Assembly (NCBI GenBank): GCA_000004695.1
Contig: CM000154.2
Location: forward strand, 2,624,001-2,688,000
DNA: 64,000 bases
Source: Dictyostelium discoideum
Taxonomy: Eukaryota
Reading direction: 5' to 3'
This document shows positions 1 to 12,111 of this stretch, in pieces. The first letter of the stretch is position 1. Each line of letters begins with the position of its first letter. The translations under genes and the position numbers were made by a program. The notes below the pieces were generated by a model that did not search any database, was not told where the DNA came from, and saw nothing but the letters and a program-made list of their open reading frames with translations.

Positions 1-476
1 TATTTATTTATTGGTAAAAATATTGTATAAAATAATAAAATTCTTGAATAATCATCACTACCATCAATTAGAAAATGATTTCTATTTTGAAGTGAACTTA
101 AAAATATGAACGAAAGTATAGTTGAAAAACGAGTTTTATAACCAATTAACATTGAAAAATAAATACAACCATGTATAAAGAAAATTACAACTGCAAATTC
201 AAATGATCCACTAATTTGGTGAAGTGAATATCTCTCTTCTTGAATAGCTGATGATCTTGGATATGATCCATAGTCTGTATAAAATTCGGTTAAATTTTGA
301 CATCTTAATATTAAATCAACCAATAAATAAATTGAAAATAAAACTCTATATAATGATAAACTTTTATAATCTAAATAAAACCCATCTTTAATTTTTTCAA
401 TTAATTTACCACTAATAATTGATTTTTTATTATTATTATTAATATTAATATTATTATTATTACTATATCTCATCAT
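1..476 (-). CDS. HTTM-domain (vitamin-K gamma-carboxylase-like) membrane protein, 5' portion only. The ATG is at 476..474 and the gene runs off the window start.
   Basis: The minus-strand ORF reads MRYSNNNNINI..SLSLYRVLFSIYLLVDLILRCQNLTEFYTDYGSYP..NRNHFLIDGSDDYSRILLFYTIFLPINK. The 'N..I.DGGD..R.LLF..FLP' signature plus the hydrophobic helices fit the HTTM domain. There is no stop before position 1. Confidence 0.5.
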   Translation of the reverse strand, partial: MMRYSNNNNININNNNKKSIISGKLIEKIKDGFYLDYKSLSLYRVLFSIYLLVDLILRCQNLTEFYTDYGSYPRSSAIQEERYSLHQISGSFEFAVVIFFIHGCIYFSMLIGYKTRFSTILSFIFLSSLQNRNHFLIDGSDDYSRILLFYTIFLPINK

Positions 477-763
477 TATTAAAATTATATTTTTATCATT
501 TGATTTATATTATTATAATATATCTTTTTTTATATAAACATATATATATATATATTCTGGAAATTAAAAGAAGGAAAAAAAAAAACAATTAAAAATAAAA
601 ATAGTGTTTTAAAACAAAAAAGAAAATTAAAATTAAAATGATAATTCAAAAGAAAAATAAAAAAAAATAAAAAAAAAAAAAGCTATCTTTTTTCACAACC
701 CAACTGAAATCTTTTCGACCAGCCCGGAATCAGTTAAACTCGCGTGGATTTCAAAAAACAGAA

Positions 764-804
<41 letters not shown>

Positions 805-1143
805 ATTTTTTAAAATAATAAACATAAAAAATAATACAAGACTTAAATTAAAATAAATCAAAGATATATTTTGAGAGAAATTTAAATTTGGGATAAAAAA
901 AATTAAAAAAAAATAAGAATTCTAAAATTTAAGTGAAAAAATGAATAATTAAAAATAAAAAATATCTCAAAAAAAAAAAAAAAAAATTATTTTTAATTTT
1001 TTAATTTTTATTTTTTTTATTTTTTTTATTTTAAATTTTTTATTTTTAATTTTTTTTTTTTTTTTTTCTAATTTTTTCACTCTTTTCGTTATCAGTTGTT
1101 TGATTAACTAGTTATCAGAATTGAATTTTACAATTCCCCCCCC

Positions 1144-1198
<55 letters not shown>

Positions 1199-1514
1199 AA
1201 CAACAATAACTCAACAACCACAGGTGGATTTTAAAAATAGATTTATCAGTTGTGAGTTAAAAATAAAACAAATCAATTGTTTTATTATAATTCCACCAAA
1301 ACACACCCACCAAAAAAAAAAAAAAAAGTTGAAAATAATAAATAAAAAAACTAAGATCGTAAATTAATAGTTATTTTATTTTTTTATTTTACAACCAATT
1401 AAAAAAAAAAAAAAAAAAAAAATTTTATTCTTAATAAAAATAAAAAATAATTGTAAAATAAAATTGTATTAATATATATATAAAAATAAATAAAATATAA
1501 ATAAATAAAAGAAA

Positions 1515-4500
1515 ATGGAAGGTGTGGAAGATGATTTATCAAAATTATTAGAAGAATTATCATCAGGTGTTGTTTTAAATAATATTCAAGAGAAATTGAA
1601 TCAATCATCACCAAAGTTACAAAGTTTTATTGATGATGAAACTGGAAGTAATGCAGAAGATGTTAGAAGAGTGTTAGATGCAGCAACAGATACAGAGTCA
1701 AACTATGGTGGTGGAGCCAACTCAATTACAAATACACCAAATTTTAATTCTCATAGGGGACATCAACATCTTCAGCTTCATACAGAGTTATCATTAGATG
1801 CACTTAGACCAGTATCAGAGAATTCACCATTACACAAAAGTGCAACAAGACCAATCTCAACTTCTATTAGATTACCAAGATTAAGTGTTTGTGAGGATGA
1901 TAGTTCATCATCTTCTTCTTCATCCGATGGTGACTCTAATAGCTCATCAGATTCATCTGATAATTCATCAGAACAATCAGATGATGATGATGTTCATCTT
2001 CATCTTCATCTTCATCGTCATCATAGAAAAGTGAAAGAAGATGAAGGAGATTCATTTGAATCATCATCAGAATCATCAGAACAATATGGATCTCCAAGTA
2101 CTTTAAGAAGACAAGAAGCTTTAAAACTTGAAAAAATAATGCAAATTCAAGAGAAAAAGAAATTATTAAAAGAGAAATTAAAAGAACAAGATGAATTAGA
2201 ATTAAAAGAAAAACAAGAATTAAATGAAATTACAGTTCAAAAAGAAATAAAATTAAAAGATAAGTCAAATTCAGTTCAAAATGATATTGTTGATAGTGAT
2301 AATAATAATAATAATAATAATAATAATTCAATAACAATTGAAGAACAACAACAAGAAAAACAACAACAACAACAACAACACCACCACCACCATTCAACAC
2401 CAAATAAACCACCAAAATCTAGATCAGTTTCAATATCTACACCAGATTCAAATATTGTTGTTGCAGGTGGCAATGTAATTAGTAAAGAGAGAAAGAGATC
2501 AATTTTAGCATCATTTGAAGAGGGTTCACCAATGAGATCATCTTCAAGATTACCATCATCTAGAGGTGGTTCAATTAAAATCAAAGTTTCAAAGGTTTTA
2601 GAAGAAGAAATGCAACTTCAACAAGAATTTGAAAAACAAGAACAACTTAGACACTCTGCTAGATTAAGTCAATTAATTAGAGATTTAAATATGTCTTCAA
2701 ATTTACAAGATCAACAAGATCAACAATTAAGAAAAAATGAAAATAGTAATAACAACGAGGGTGATGATAACAATGAAAATGTTTCAAATGATAATAGTAG
2801 TGATAATGAAAATCAAAATATTAATGGTTCAATTTTAATTAAAGAAGAACAACAAGAAAAGATAGAAATAACTACAACCATAACAACTGTAATAACACCA
2901 CCACCACCAGCACAAGAACCACAACACCAACAACAACCAAAAATATTAACACCAGAAGAAGTAGAAGAAGAAAGAATTAGAGTATTAAGAATTGAAAGAA
3001 TGAAAGATCAAGTATTTTCACAATTGGATGAATTAGAGGATCCATTATATTCAAATGGAAGTAGACAACGTAATGGTGGTGGTGGTGGCGCATCAACAAG
3101 TGCAGAACCATCAATGATGCAAATTCCATTGACAAGATTAGAGGATACTGCATCATCATCATCATCACCAACATTACAAGCAACCAAAACAACTACAACC
3201 ACTACAACTACAACCACTACAACCACAACAGCAACATTACCAATAAATAATAAAAATTTAAATATTCAAGGTAGACCAAGAAAAGATTCAATTTCAGATC
3301 ATTGGGATATTGGTAGAAAAGAACAACCACGTCGTTCAATGACATTGAATATTCAAAGAGTTGGTGAGGACTTTTCAGTAAAGAAAGCAGAGGCAAAGAA
3401 AGTTAATCCTGATCTTGAAAAGATATTGGTACACATTTCATTGGTTGATCAATCTCACAAGGTTATTTGTATCACAGAGGATTTTACAGTTAAAGATGTT
3501 ATCGACCTCTTTTCCGAGAAATTAGGGTTAGTTCAAACTGAATTCTTTTCATTGGCAGAGGTTACATCGGATGGCTATGATAGATGGTTGGATCCAAATA
3601 GAGCGGTTAAAGAAGCTGGTATTAAAAACCTATCAAAGTTAACATTTAAAATCAAATATTTCAAACAACCAAAGAAGCTATCTGATAGTAAAGCAGTTCA
3701 TTTATACTATTTACAAATTCAACAATCCGTTGTAAATGGTACATACCCATGTTCAGAGGCAATGTCCTACAGATTAAGTGCACTTCAATTCTACATTACA
3801 TTTGGTGCATTCGATAAGGATAAACATATAGCAGGCTTCCTTGATCATGGTTCATTATCAGAGTTTATACCTTCAAACTTTTTCTTTGAACTCACTGATG
3901 AGGTCATTCAAAAACGTCTTTTCCATTTACATTCTCAAATTAAATGTAGTTCAAGTATTGAAGCAAAACTTAGATATTTAGATTTGGCAAATAAAATTCC
4001 AACCTTTGGTGTCACATCTTTCCAAGTTTTCGATGGTATTCGTGAATCATCAATCGTTAGACAAAAACGACATCTTTGTGTAGCTGAAGATGGTATCTTA
4101 ATCTCTAGAAAAGATAGAGCAGGTTATGATTTCTTTAGTTATAAAGAAATTATATCTTATCAAGTTACAACTAGAGGTTTAAAAATTCAAATTCCACATT
4201 CTTCAATAACTCCAAATGTAAATATATTTTTAAATCAAATAGTAACAAATAGTAATGTTACTAACATATTAATATTATTTTTATTATTTATTATTACTCT
4301 TATTATAGACATCAGAAACAATGAGTTTTGATACATCATCATATGATCAATCGAATAATATTATAGATTTAATGATGGGATATAAATATTTCATTCAACA
4401 TGATGAATTTATAAGAGGTATTGGTGCACCAGTTGAACAAGTTGATTTAAATATTTCTTTATTGTTACCATTATTTCAACCACCAAAAATTAGAACAAAG

Positions 4501-4782
4501 AGTGATCCACTTCGTAGTCGTTTAGAGTTATTCAAATTGAATTATCTTGGACTCTGTCAAAATTTCCATACAAAACCAATCTCAAAATTAATTGATCAAA
4601 TTGATTACATTCTAGATAAAGAAGGTTCATTTAGAAATCGTTTAGCATTTGAAAAAGTTGAATTACCATCTTTAAATTTAAGAGGTTCTGATTTATCTTT
4701 TATTGCTGATGCTTTAAAAGATACTTTAAATTTAATGTAATTATTATTATTATTTTTATTAGTGGTTAATTTACTTTATTAA

Positions 4783-4822
<40 letters not shown>

Positions 4823-5057
4823 TAGAATTGAAGAAGGTGAAAGTATTGTTGAAAATTTAAATATTTTATCATTAGATTTATCAAATAATCCATTATTGGC
4901 AACTGATGCATTTGAACCATTAAAAATTATTATGACTTGTAATACAATTATTCACTTAAATTTAAAGAATATAGGTTTATCAAATAAAGGTGTTATGGTA
5001 TGTATAATAATTTTTAATAATTTAATAATTTTTATTTTAATAAATTAAATATTAATT

Positions 5058-5152
<95 letters not shown>

Positions 5153-5736
5153 CCCCCTTAAAAAAATTTTTTAAAAAATTCCCAAATTTTAAAATTTTTA
5201 AATTTGGAAAAAAAAAATTTAAAAAACCGGGGGCCAAATTTTTTTTAAAAAAATTAAAAATTTTTTTGGGAAAATTTAAACCCTTTTTTTTTAAAAAACC
5301 CCTTTTCCCCCTTCCGGGGGGTTTATTTTTTTGAAAAATTTTTTCCAAAAAAAAAACCCCAAAAAATTTTAAATTTTTTAAAAAATTTTTCCCCAAAAAA
5401 GGGTTCCCCCCTTTTTTTCAAGGGTTTAAAAAAAAAATTTTTTTTTTTAAAAAACCCCCAAAAGGGGGGGAAAAAACCCCAANNNNNNNNNNNNNNNNNN
5501 NNNNNNNNNNNNNNNNNNNNNNNNNNNNNNNNNNNNNNNNNNNNNNNNNNNNNNNNNNNNNNNNNNNNNNNNNNNNNNNNNNTTTAAAATTTTTTTGCCC
5601 TTTGAAAAAGTTGAATCCCCTCTTTTAAATTTAAAGGGTTTGGATTATTTTTTAAAGGGGAAGGCTTTAAAAAAACCTTTAAATTTAAGGGAAAAATAAT
5701 AATTTTTTTTAAAGGGGGGAAATTCCCTTAAAAACC

Positions 5737-5774
<38 letters not shown>

Positions 5775-6010
5775 TAAAAATTAAAAAAGGGAAAAGATTT
5801 TTTAAAAATTTAAAATTTTTTCCCTTGATTTTTCCAAAAAACCCCTTTTGGCCCCTTAAGCCTTTTGACCCCTTAAAAATTTTTTTGCCTTTTAAACCAA
5901 TTTTCCCCTTAAATTTAAAAAAATAGGGTTTTCCAAAAAAAGGGGTAAGGGAAGGGAAAAAAATTTTTAAAAATTTAAAAATTTTTTTTTTAAAAAATAA
6001 AAAATAAAGG

Positions 6011-6088
<78 letters not shown>

Positions 6089-7367
6089 AAATAATAATAA
6101 TAATAGCCGTTAGTAACAATTATTGAAAAATATCCAAATATTGAAACATTACAAATTGGTAAGAATAGAGTTAATGAATCAGGTGTCAGAGTTATTTTAA
6201 GAGCAATTAAGAATTTTAATGTAAAGATTGAAACACTTGGATTTGAAGAAACCAATTTAACCGATTCAGGTTGTTTAATTATTGATAAACTTTTATCAAA
6301 TAATAAAACCATAAAGAATTTAAATATTTCTAAAAATCTTATCACTGAAGAAGGTTTTCATCATATATTCGAAGGTATTAAAAGAAATAGTCTTAGTTTA
6401 CAAGATCTCAATATAAGTGGTAATAAAATCAATAGTAAACTTATGATTAAATTCATTAAATGGTTAGCTTCAAGTGAAACTTCAATCATAACTTTAAATA
6501 TTGCTAAAACTGGTTTAGAATCTTCATTTGGTGCTGAACTCCAAAAATTCTTGGTTGGTAATAGTTGTCATATTAAATCTTTGGATACTTCTTATAATGA
6601 TTTGGGTACTTCTGGTACTAAAAATGTTATCAAAGGTATTATCAATAATCAAACCATTACAGAGTTATCACTTTGTGCTAATAAAATTAGTTCAAGTGGT
6701 TGTAATGATTTATGTCAATCTTTGGAATTAGCTTCTGCAACTTGTTCAAAATTATATTTACGTCATTGTGGTTTAGGTTCAAGTTCATTAGTTAGAATTG
6801 CAAATATGTTAGAACTAAATAAAACTATTACAACTTTAGATTTATCAATGAATGAATTTTCTGTAAGTAAAAAAAAAAATAAAAAAATAATAATAAAAAT
6901 AATTAATAATAATTAATATTAATCATTATTTATTTATTTATTTATTTTTTAAAAAGAAATCTTCATCAAGTGCAATTGGAACAATGTTAGAAAAAAATGA
7001 AACACTTCAAGAGTTTTATTTAGCAGATTCAAGTTTAGGTGCAAGAGAAGTTGAATCTATTTTGAATGGTTTAAAGAATAATTCAACAATTAAAAAAATA
7101 TTTTTAGATACCAATCCGATTGGTAAAAAAGGTATTTCATCACTTGCAAATATGTTAAATACAAATACAGGATTGGAAGTAATAACATTAAGACACACAA
7201 ACTTAAATGGAAAAGATATTTTAGAATTATTAAAACAATTATCTACAAATATCCCAATTAAAATCATTAATTTAACTGAAAATACTTTAGATAAAATCAC
7301 TCCACAAATTAAAAATGCAATTAATGATCAAATTAAAAGACTTCATACAATCAATATTCAATATTAA
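1515..7367 (+). CDS. Large multi-exon gene for a protein with an N-terminal low-complexity region, a FERM domain, and ribonuclease-inhibitor-type leucine-rich repeats. Proposed CDS is join(1515..4217, 4309..4736, 4826..4997, [intron containing assembly artefact], 6107..6862, 6957..7367).
   Basis: The 938-aa ORF 1515..4331 carries a FERM signature (ILVHISLVDQSHKVICITEDFTVKDVIDLF..; HLYYLQIQQSVVNGTYPCSEAMSYRLSALQFYITFGAFD; PH-like C lobe LCVAEDGILISRKDRAGYDFFSYKEIISYQVTTRGLKIQ). Donor GTAAAT at 4218 and acceptor AG at 4307-4308 join in frame to ORF 4321..4740. Donor GTAATT at 4737 and acceptor TTTTAG at 4824-4825 give an LRR exon (IEEGESIVENLNILSLDLSNNPLLATDAFEPLKII..NLKNIGLSNKGVM) that ends at donor GTATGT at 4998. 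Acceptor AATAG at 6105-6106 opens a long RNI-like LRR exon (PLVTIIEKYPNIETLQIGKNRVNESGVRVILRAIKNFNVKIETLGFEETNLTDSGC..). Donor GTAAGT at 6863 and acceptor AAAAAG at 6955-6956 lead to the final exon, which ends TINIQY then TAA at 7365-7367. Phases are consistent at every junction. The 4998..6106 interval contains low-quality sequence and an N gap. Confidence 0.7.
5044..6100. other. Low-quality, mis-assembled stretch that includes the N gap 5483..5582. It is made of homopolymer-inflated sequence and a degraded duplicate of 4640..5000.
   Basis: 5583..5960 reads as a base-stuttered copy of the upstream exon and intron. For example 'gccctttgaaaaagttgaatcccctcttttaaatttaaagggtttgg' corresponds to 'gcatttgaaaaagttgaattaccatctttaaatttaagaggttctg', and 'cccttaaatttaaaaaaatagggttttccaaaaaaaggggtaaggg' corresponds to 'cacttaaatttaaagaatataggtttatcaaataaaggtgttatgg'. 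5050..5480 consists of poly-T/poly-A with ccc/ggg stutters. Confidence 0.8.
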
Positions 7368-7993
7368 TTTTTTTAAAATTAATAATTACACACACATATA
7401 TAAAATTTAAATATATAAAAATATAAACGTATACAAATATAATAATAAATATAATAAATAATAAACTATATTTTTTATTTTTTATTTTTTTTATAAAATA
7501 ATCCAGATTTAACTCATTTATTTTTTTAATTTAAATTAAATTTTATCCCACTTTTTTTTAAAAAAAAAAATTGAAATAAATATAAAAAAAAAAAAAAAAA
7601 TAAAAATAAAATAGGAAAAGAAATGATTTTTTTTTTTTTATAAAAAGAACCAGATATGTGTTTTATTTTGAATAGATCTTGAATAACTTGAGAGAGGATG
7701 TGTTGGCGAAAACAAGAAGCACCACGAGTAGGTCCATCCACTTTGCTTCTCAAAAATTAATTAGTTAAAATATTTAAATTGTAAACTTTAATTTTAAAAT
7801 CTTTTTGAAAATAGAGATGGTTGGAAATAAATAAATAAATAAATAAATTAATAAATCTAAAAAATGGGAGCAAGAAGAAAATGGGAAATCTATTTCTATA
7901 ATATGGCGACACGCTGCAAGCTTTTTCACTTCCTTTAATTTCTTTTTTCTTTTTTTTTTTTTTTTTTCTTTTGTTAAAAACTTTTAAAAAATA

Positions 7994-8440
7994 GGTAATA
8001 CTCTGGAATTACAAATATTCTAATTAGCACATTTACACCACAATAATAAATTAATATTATATAATTGTGGTTTTTTTTTTTAAACTTGTTTAAAAAAAAA
8101 AATGTAAATGAGGAGTGGTCAGTCGTTCCTTAATTAGGTTGAGAGCACATGTCTGGCTCTCCAACTTTCCCACTTTAACTGATCACAGCACTAATTAATC
8201 ATTAATTAAATAATCAATTAATTAAAAGATTTGGCTTCAAATGACCTGAGTACAAAGAAAATTTAAAAGAATTTAAACATCTACATATCCTATAAAAAAT
8301 TTAATAATTTTTTTTTTTTTTTAAATAGAGATTTCTAAAGAAAAAAAAAATATATCTATAAAATATAGGTGTGATGTTTTCTTTTTATGATTCTTTGGAG
8401 TAAAAATCTTTTTATTACTCTTTTAACCCTATTTTTAAAA
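7994..8440. repeat. Copy 1 of a ~430-450 bp dispersed/direct repeat of unknown type, either a possible ncRNA gene or a degenerate mobile-element fragment.
   Basis: It shares the following blocks with 9494..9915: 'ggtaatactctggaattac..ctaattagcacatttac', 'gtaaatgaggagtgg(t/c)cagtcgtt(t)ccttaattagg..catgtctg..ttccaactttcccactttaactgatcacagcactaattaatcatt', 'ggcttcaaatgacct(g/a)agtacaaagaaaatttaaaagaatttaaacatctacat' and 'gtgtgatgt(a/t)ttct..ttatgattctttggagtaaaaatctttttattactcttttaaccct'. Identity is about 90% with indels. Confidence 0.6.
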
Positions 8441-9493
8441 ATGATAATAGTAAAAAAAAATATGGATAACTTTATAAACTTGGAAATAAAAATTCGTTTT
8501 TACCTATAATAAAAGAGAAAGAGATAAAAAGAGAATTTAAAAAAAATTAGTACATACTTTTTTTTATATTTATTTATTTATTTAGGTATTTTATTTATTA
8601 GAGAATATTTTTTTTGGCTATTTATATTAAAACCTTTTTAATATAATAGTAAATCGATACTAAATAATATTATTTTAAAATGAACATTTAAAAAAAAAAA
8701 AAAAATAATGGTATTAAAAATAAAAAAAAAATAAAAAAAAATAACAAAAAAAAAAAAAAAATAAAATAAAATAAAAATATATTTAAATAAAAATAGAAAA
8801 TAAAAATAAAAATAAATTTCAATGGTTAATTGTGACAAAAAATCCTATTACCCCCATTTGGTAATGTAAAAATTTTTTTTTTTTTTTTTTTTTTAATGTA
8901 GAAATAAAAGATAAAAGGGTGTGATAAAAAAAAAAAAAAAAAAAAAAATTAAAAATTAAAAAAAAATTAATGGAATACAACATTCAAATCAAATTTTTAT
9001 AAGATAATAAAATTAAATTTAATTATCAGCCACCCCTAAGGGGTGTTTTTGTTTTTTTTTTTTTTTTTTTATTGTAAGAGATATTATTTTAAAGTAACCA
9101 AAAATATAATTATTAAATAATGTTTAACTTATTTAATTTATTTTTTTAATGAAATAGAGTTAATTTTGGAGTCCATAAAAACTGCCCATATAAAATAAAT
9201 AAAAAAAAAAATAAAAATAAAAATAAAAAACCTATAAACTCTCAAGAGTTTTACTCCATACTTGTATAATTAAAAATAAAGAATAAAAAAAAAAAAAATT
9301 TTGGATTTTATGAGATGGAAATTTTATTAAAAATAAGAGAGTCCCTATTCCTAAAAAAAACAATTAACGGTCAATAAATATTTACTTGAATGAGAGGTTT
9401 TCCTTTTTTTTTTTTTTTTTTTTTTTTTTGTTTGTATTAATTAAATTATTTTTTTTTTTTTTTTTTTTTTTGTTTTTTTATTGTTTAAAAAGA

Positions 9494-9915
9494 GGTAATA
9501 CTCTGGAATTACTATATTCTAATTAGCACATTTACTCTACAAAAATGATTAAATGATTGTAGTTTTTTTTTTTTTTTTTTTTCATTTAAAAATAAAAAAA
9601 AAAAAAGTAAATGAGGAGTGGCCAGTCGTTTCCTTAATTAGGATGAAAATACATGTCTGATTTTCCAACTTTCCCACTTTAACTGATCACAGCACTAATT
9701 AATCATTAAATAATTTAATGAAAGACTTTGGCTTCAAATGACCTAAGTACAAAGAAAATTTAAAAGAATTTAAACATCTACATAACATAAAATATTATTA
9801 ATTTCACTCTAAATTAAATAAAAGTAAAAAACAATAATAATTATAGTAGTGTGATGTATTCTCTTTATGATTCTTTGGAGTAAAAATCTTTTTATTACTC
9901 TTTTAACCCTCTTTT
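9494..9915. repeat. Copy 2 of the same repeat, in the same orientation and offset by exactly 1,500 bp.
   Basis: See copy 1. The sequence outside the ~450 bp blocks is not duplicated. Confidence 0.6.
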
Positions 9916-10492
9916 AAATAATAATAGTTAATAAAAAAAAACACATTATTTGTACATATTTGACCTAAAATTAAAAAAATGAAGAAAGAGAAAAAAAAAA
10001 AAAAAAAAAAATGGAAATTAGTAAATTTAATTTATAAACTAAAAAAAAAATACCTTTTTAATAATCTCTCTCTCTTTTTTTTTAATTGACTCTTGCTTGT
10101 TTGTCAAATAAAAAATAGTTAAAATGAAAAAAAAAAAAAAACATTTATTGTGATATAAACTTTCTCTTTTTTTTTTTTTTTTTTAATTTTATTTTAATTT
10201 TATTTTAATTTTTCTGTTTTTTATTTTTTTATTTTTTTTTTTTTTTATTTTTTGTTATTTTTTTTATAATAACAATGATATTATCGCCACCACACATCTC
10301 CTTTGGGAAATTTAAATTAAAATAAAAAAAAAAATAAATAAAAAAAATCTTTTTCATAAATATCTTTTTTATTTTTATTTTTCTGTTTTTATTTTTTTTT
10401 TTATTTTTTTTTTATTTTTAATTATTTTTATTTTAAATTTTTTTTTTTTTTTTTTTTTTTTAATCTTATCTTTCACCAATTAAAATGTGATC

Positions 10493-11507
10493 TTATTTTT
10501 TAACAATTTGAACAATATCTTCATCTGCTAAAACGTGATCCTTACCACAACGTTGAGGGTTATGTTTAGCTGAAGAACCCCAAACCAAAGCACTAAATTA
10601 AAATTAAAAAATAATAAATATTAATAAATTAATAATTATATTTATGATAATAATAAAATAATAATAATAAGCAATAATGATTTCATTTGTGTGGTGTATT
10701 TTTTTTTTTTTTTTTTTTGTGTGTGGTAATGGTAGTTGAGTGTGTATTTAAGTGTGTGGATAAAAATTAAATTTTTAAAAAAAAAAAAAAAAAACTTACT
10801 ATCTAAATTGTCTAATAATTGAATTATGAATATGATTACAAAAAGTTTCAATTGAAGCTTCTTCACCACCTCTAATGACGACTGGTTCATTGTAATCTGG
10901 AATGAGACCTTTTGGTTTAGTGTAAACTCTAATCAATTTTAAGTATTCCCAAATTTTATCGAGGAGGGCATCTAAATTCCATTCCAAATGAGAAGAGATT
11001 GGAACATAATGAGGAATTTTATCTAAAAGGTCCAACTCTTCGATAGAGATAGCATCGATCTTATTTAAAACGTAAATACATGGAACGTAGATACGATTGC
11101 CTTCAATGACATCGATGAATTCATCCACTGTACAATTTCCACGTAAAATCACATCTGCATTGTGAATTTTATATTCTGCACAGATTGCTTTCACAGTTTC
11201 ACTATCCAATTGGGTTGGATTGACATTTGGTGTATGTGAAAAGTTAATACCACCCTTCTCCTTCTTTTTGAATGTGATTGGTGGTGGTTGTTTATTCAAT
11301 CTAATACCAAAACCATCCAACTCTCTCTCTATAATCTTTTTATGTACCAATGGTTTCATTGCATCCAATACAATTAAAATAAGATTACATGTTCTACCAA
11401 CTGCAATAACTTGTCTACCTCTACCTTTACCATCTTTTGCACCTTCAATAATACCTGGTAAATCTAATAACTAAAATATATATATTATATATATTAATTT
11501 CAATTTA

Positions 11508-11541
<34 letters not shown>

Positions 11542-12111
11542 TTAAAATATATATTATAATATACTTACTTGAATTTTAGCACCTTTATAATTAATTACAC
11601 CAGGAATACATGTTAAAGTTGTGAATTCGTATGAGGCAACTTCAGATGAGGTACCAGTTAATTTAGTTAATAAAGTTGATTTACCAACTGATGGGAAACC
11701 AATTAAACCAACACGAGCATCACCTGCTTTTGATACATCGAAACCTTCACCTGCACCTGCTGCTGCACCTTTACTTGGTCCTAACAATAATTCTCTTTTA
11801 TATTTTGCTAATTTTGCTTTCAATACACCTAAATGAAAGCTTGTAGCTTTATTTTTTTGGGTACGAGCCATCTATTTATATTTATATATTTATTTTATTG
11901 ATTGATTGATTGATTGGGTTAACATTTTATTCTAAAATAATTTATTTCTTATTTATCATCACTTCCACTATATTGATTGTGTAATATTTCAAATTTTAAA
12001 TTCCATTCTCATTGTAATTGAAGCAAAAGTGATGAATTAATCTGTAAAAAAAAAAAAAAAAAAAAAACTTACCTCATCCTCGACCTCTTTGATTTTTTGT
12101 ACAAGACTCAT
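10493..12111 (-). CDS. drg1: Developmentally regulated GTP-binding protein (DRG family, DRG1-like Obg-type GTPase with a TGS domain). CDS is complement(join(10493..10592, 10800..11470, 11569..11871, 12073..12111)).
   Basis: Exon 1 encodes [13 protein letters not shown] and ends at donor GTAAGT. Exon 2 (ORF 11554..11871) encodes [49 protein letters not shown] (the G1 P-loop)..[18 protein letters not shown] and ends at donor GTAAGT. Exon 3 encodes [46 protein letters not shown] and ends in phase 2 at GTAAGT. Exon 4 starts after an AG acceptor at 10593-10594 and encodes [33 protein letters not shown] followed by TAA. This is the canonical DRG C-terminus, and the total is about 370 aa. The paralogue call (DRG1 rather than DRG2) rests on remembered motifs in the middle and C-terminal regions. 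Confidence 0.85.

Noticed and set aside
5052-6345. ORFs 5052..5396 (-), 5056..5334 (+) and 5728..6345 (-), which encode poly-K, poly-F or G/K-rich peptides.
   Set aside because: They lie entirely inside the low-quality homopolymer-stuttered segment that flanks the N gap, so they are sequence artefacts.
7994-9915. Considered whether the two spaced repeat copies could be a CRISPR-like array or some other prokaryotic repeat system.
   Set aside because: There are only two copies, each about 450 bp long, about 10% diverged and 1.5 kb apart, in a eukaryotic intron-containing genomic context. This fits a dispersed or duplicated eukaryotic element, not CRISPR.
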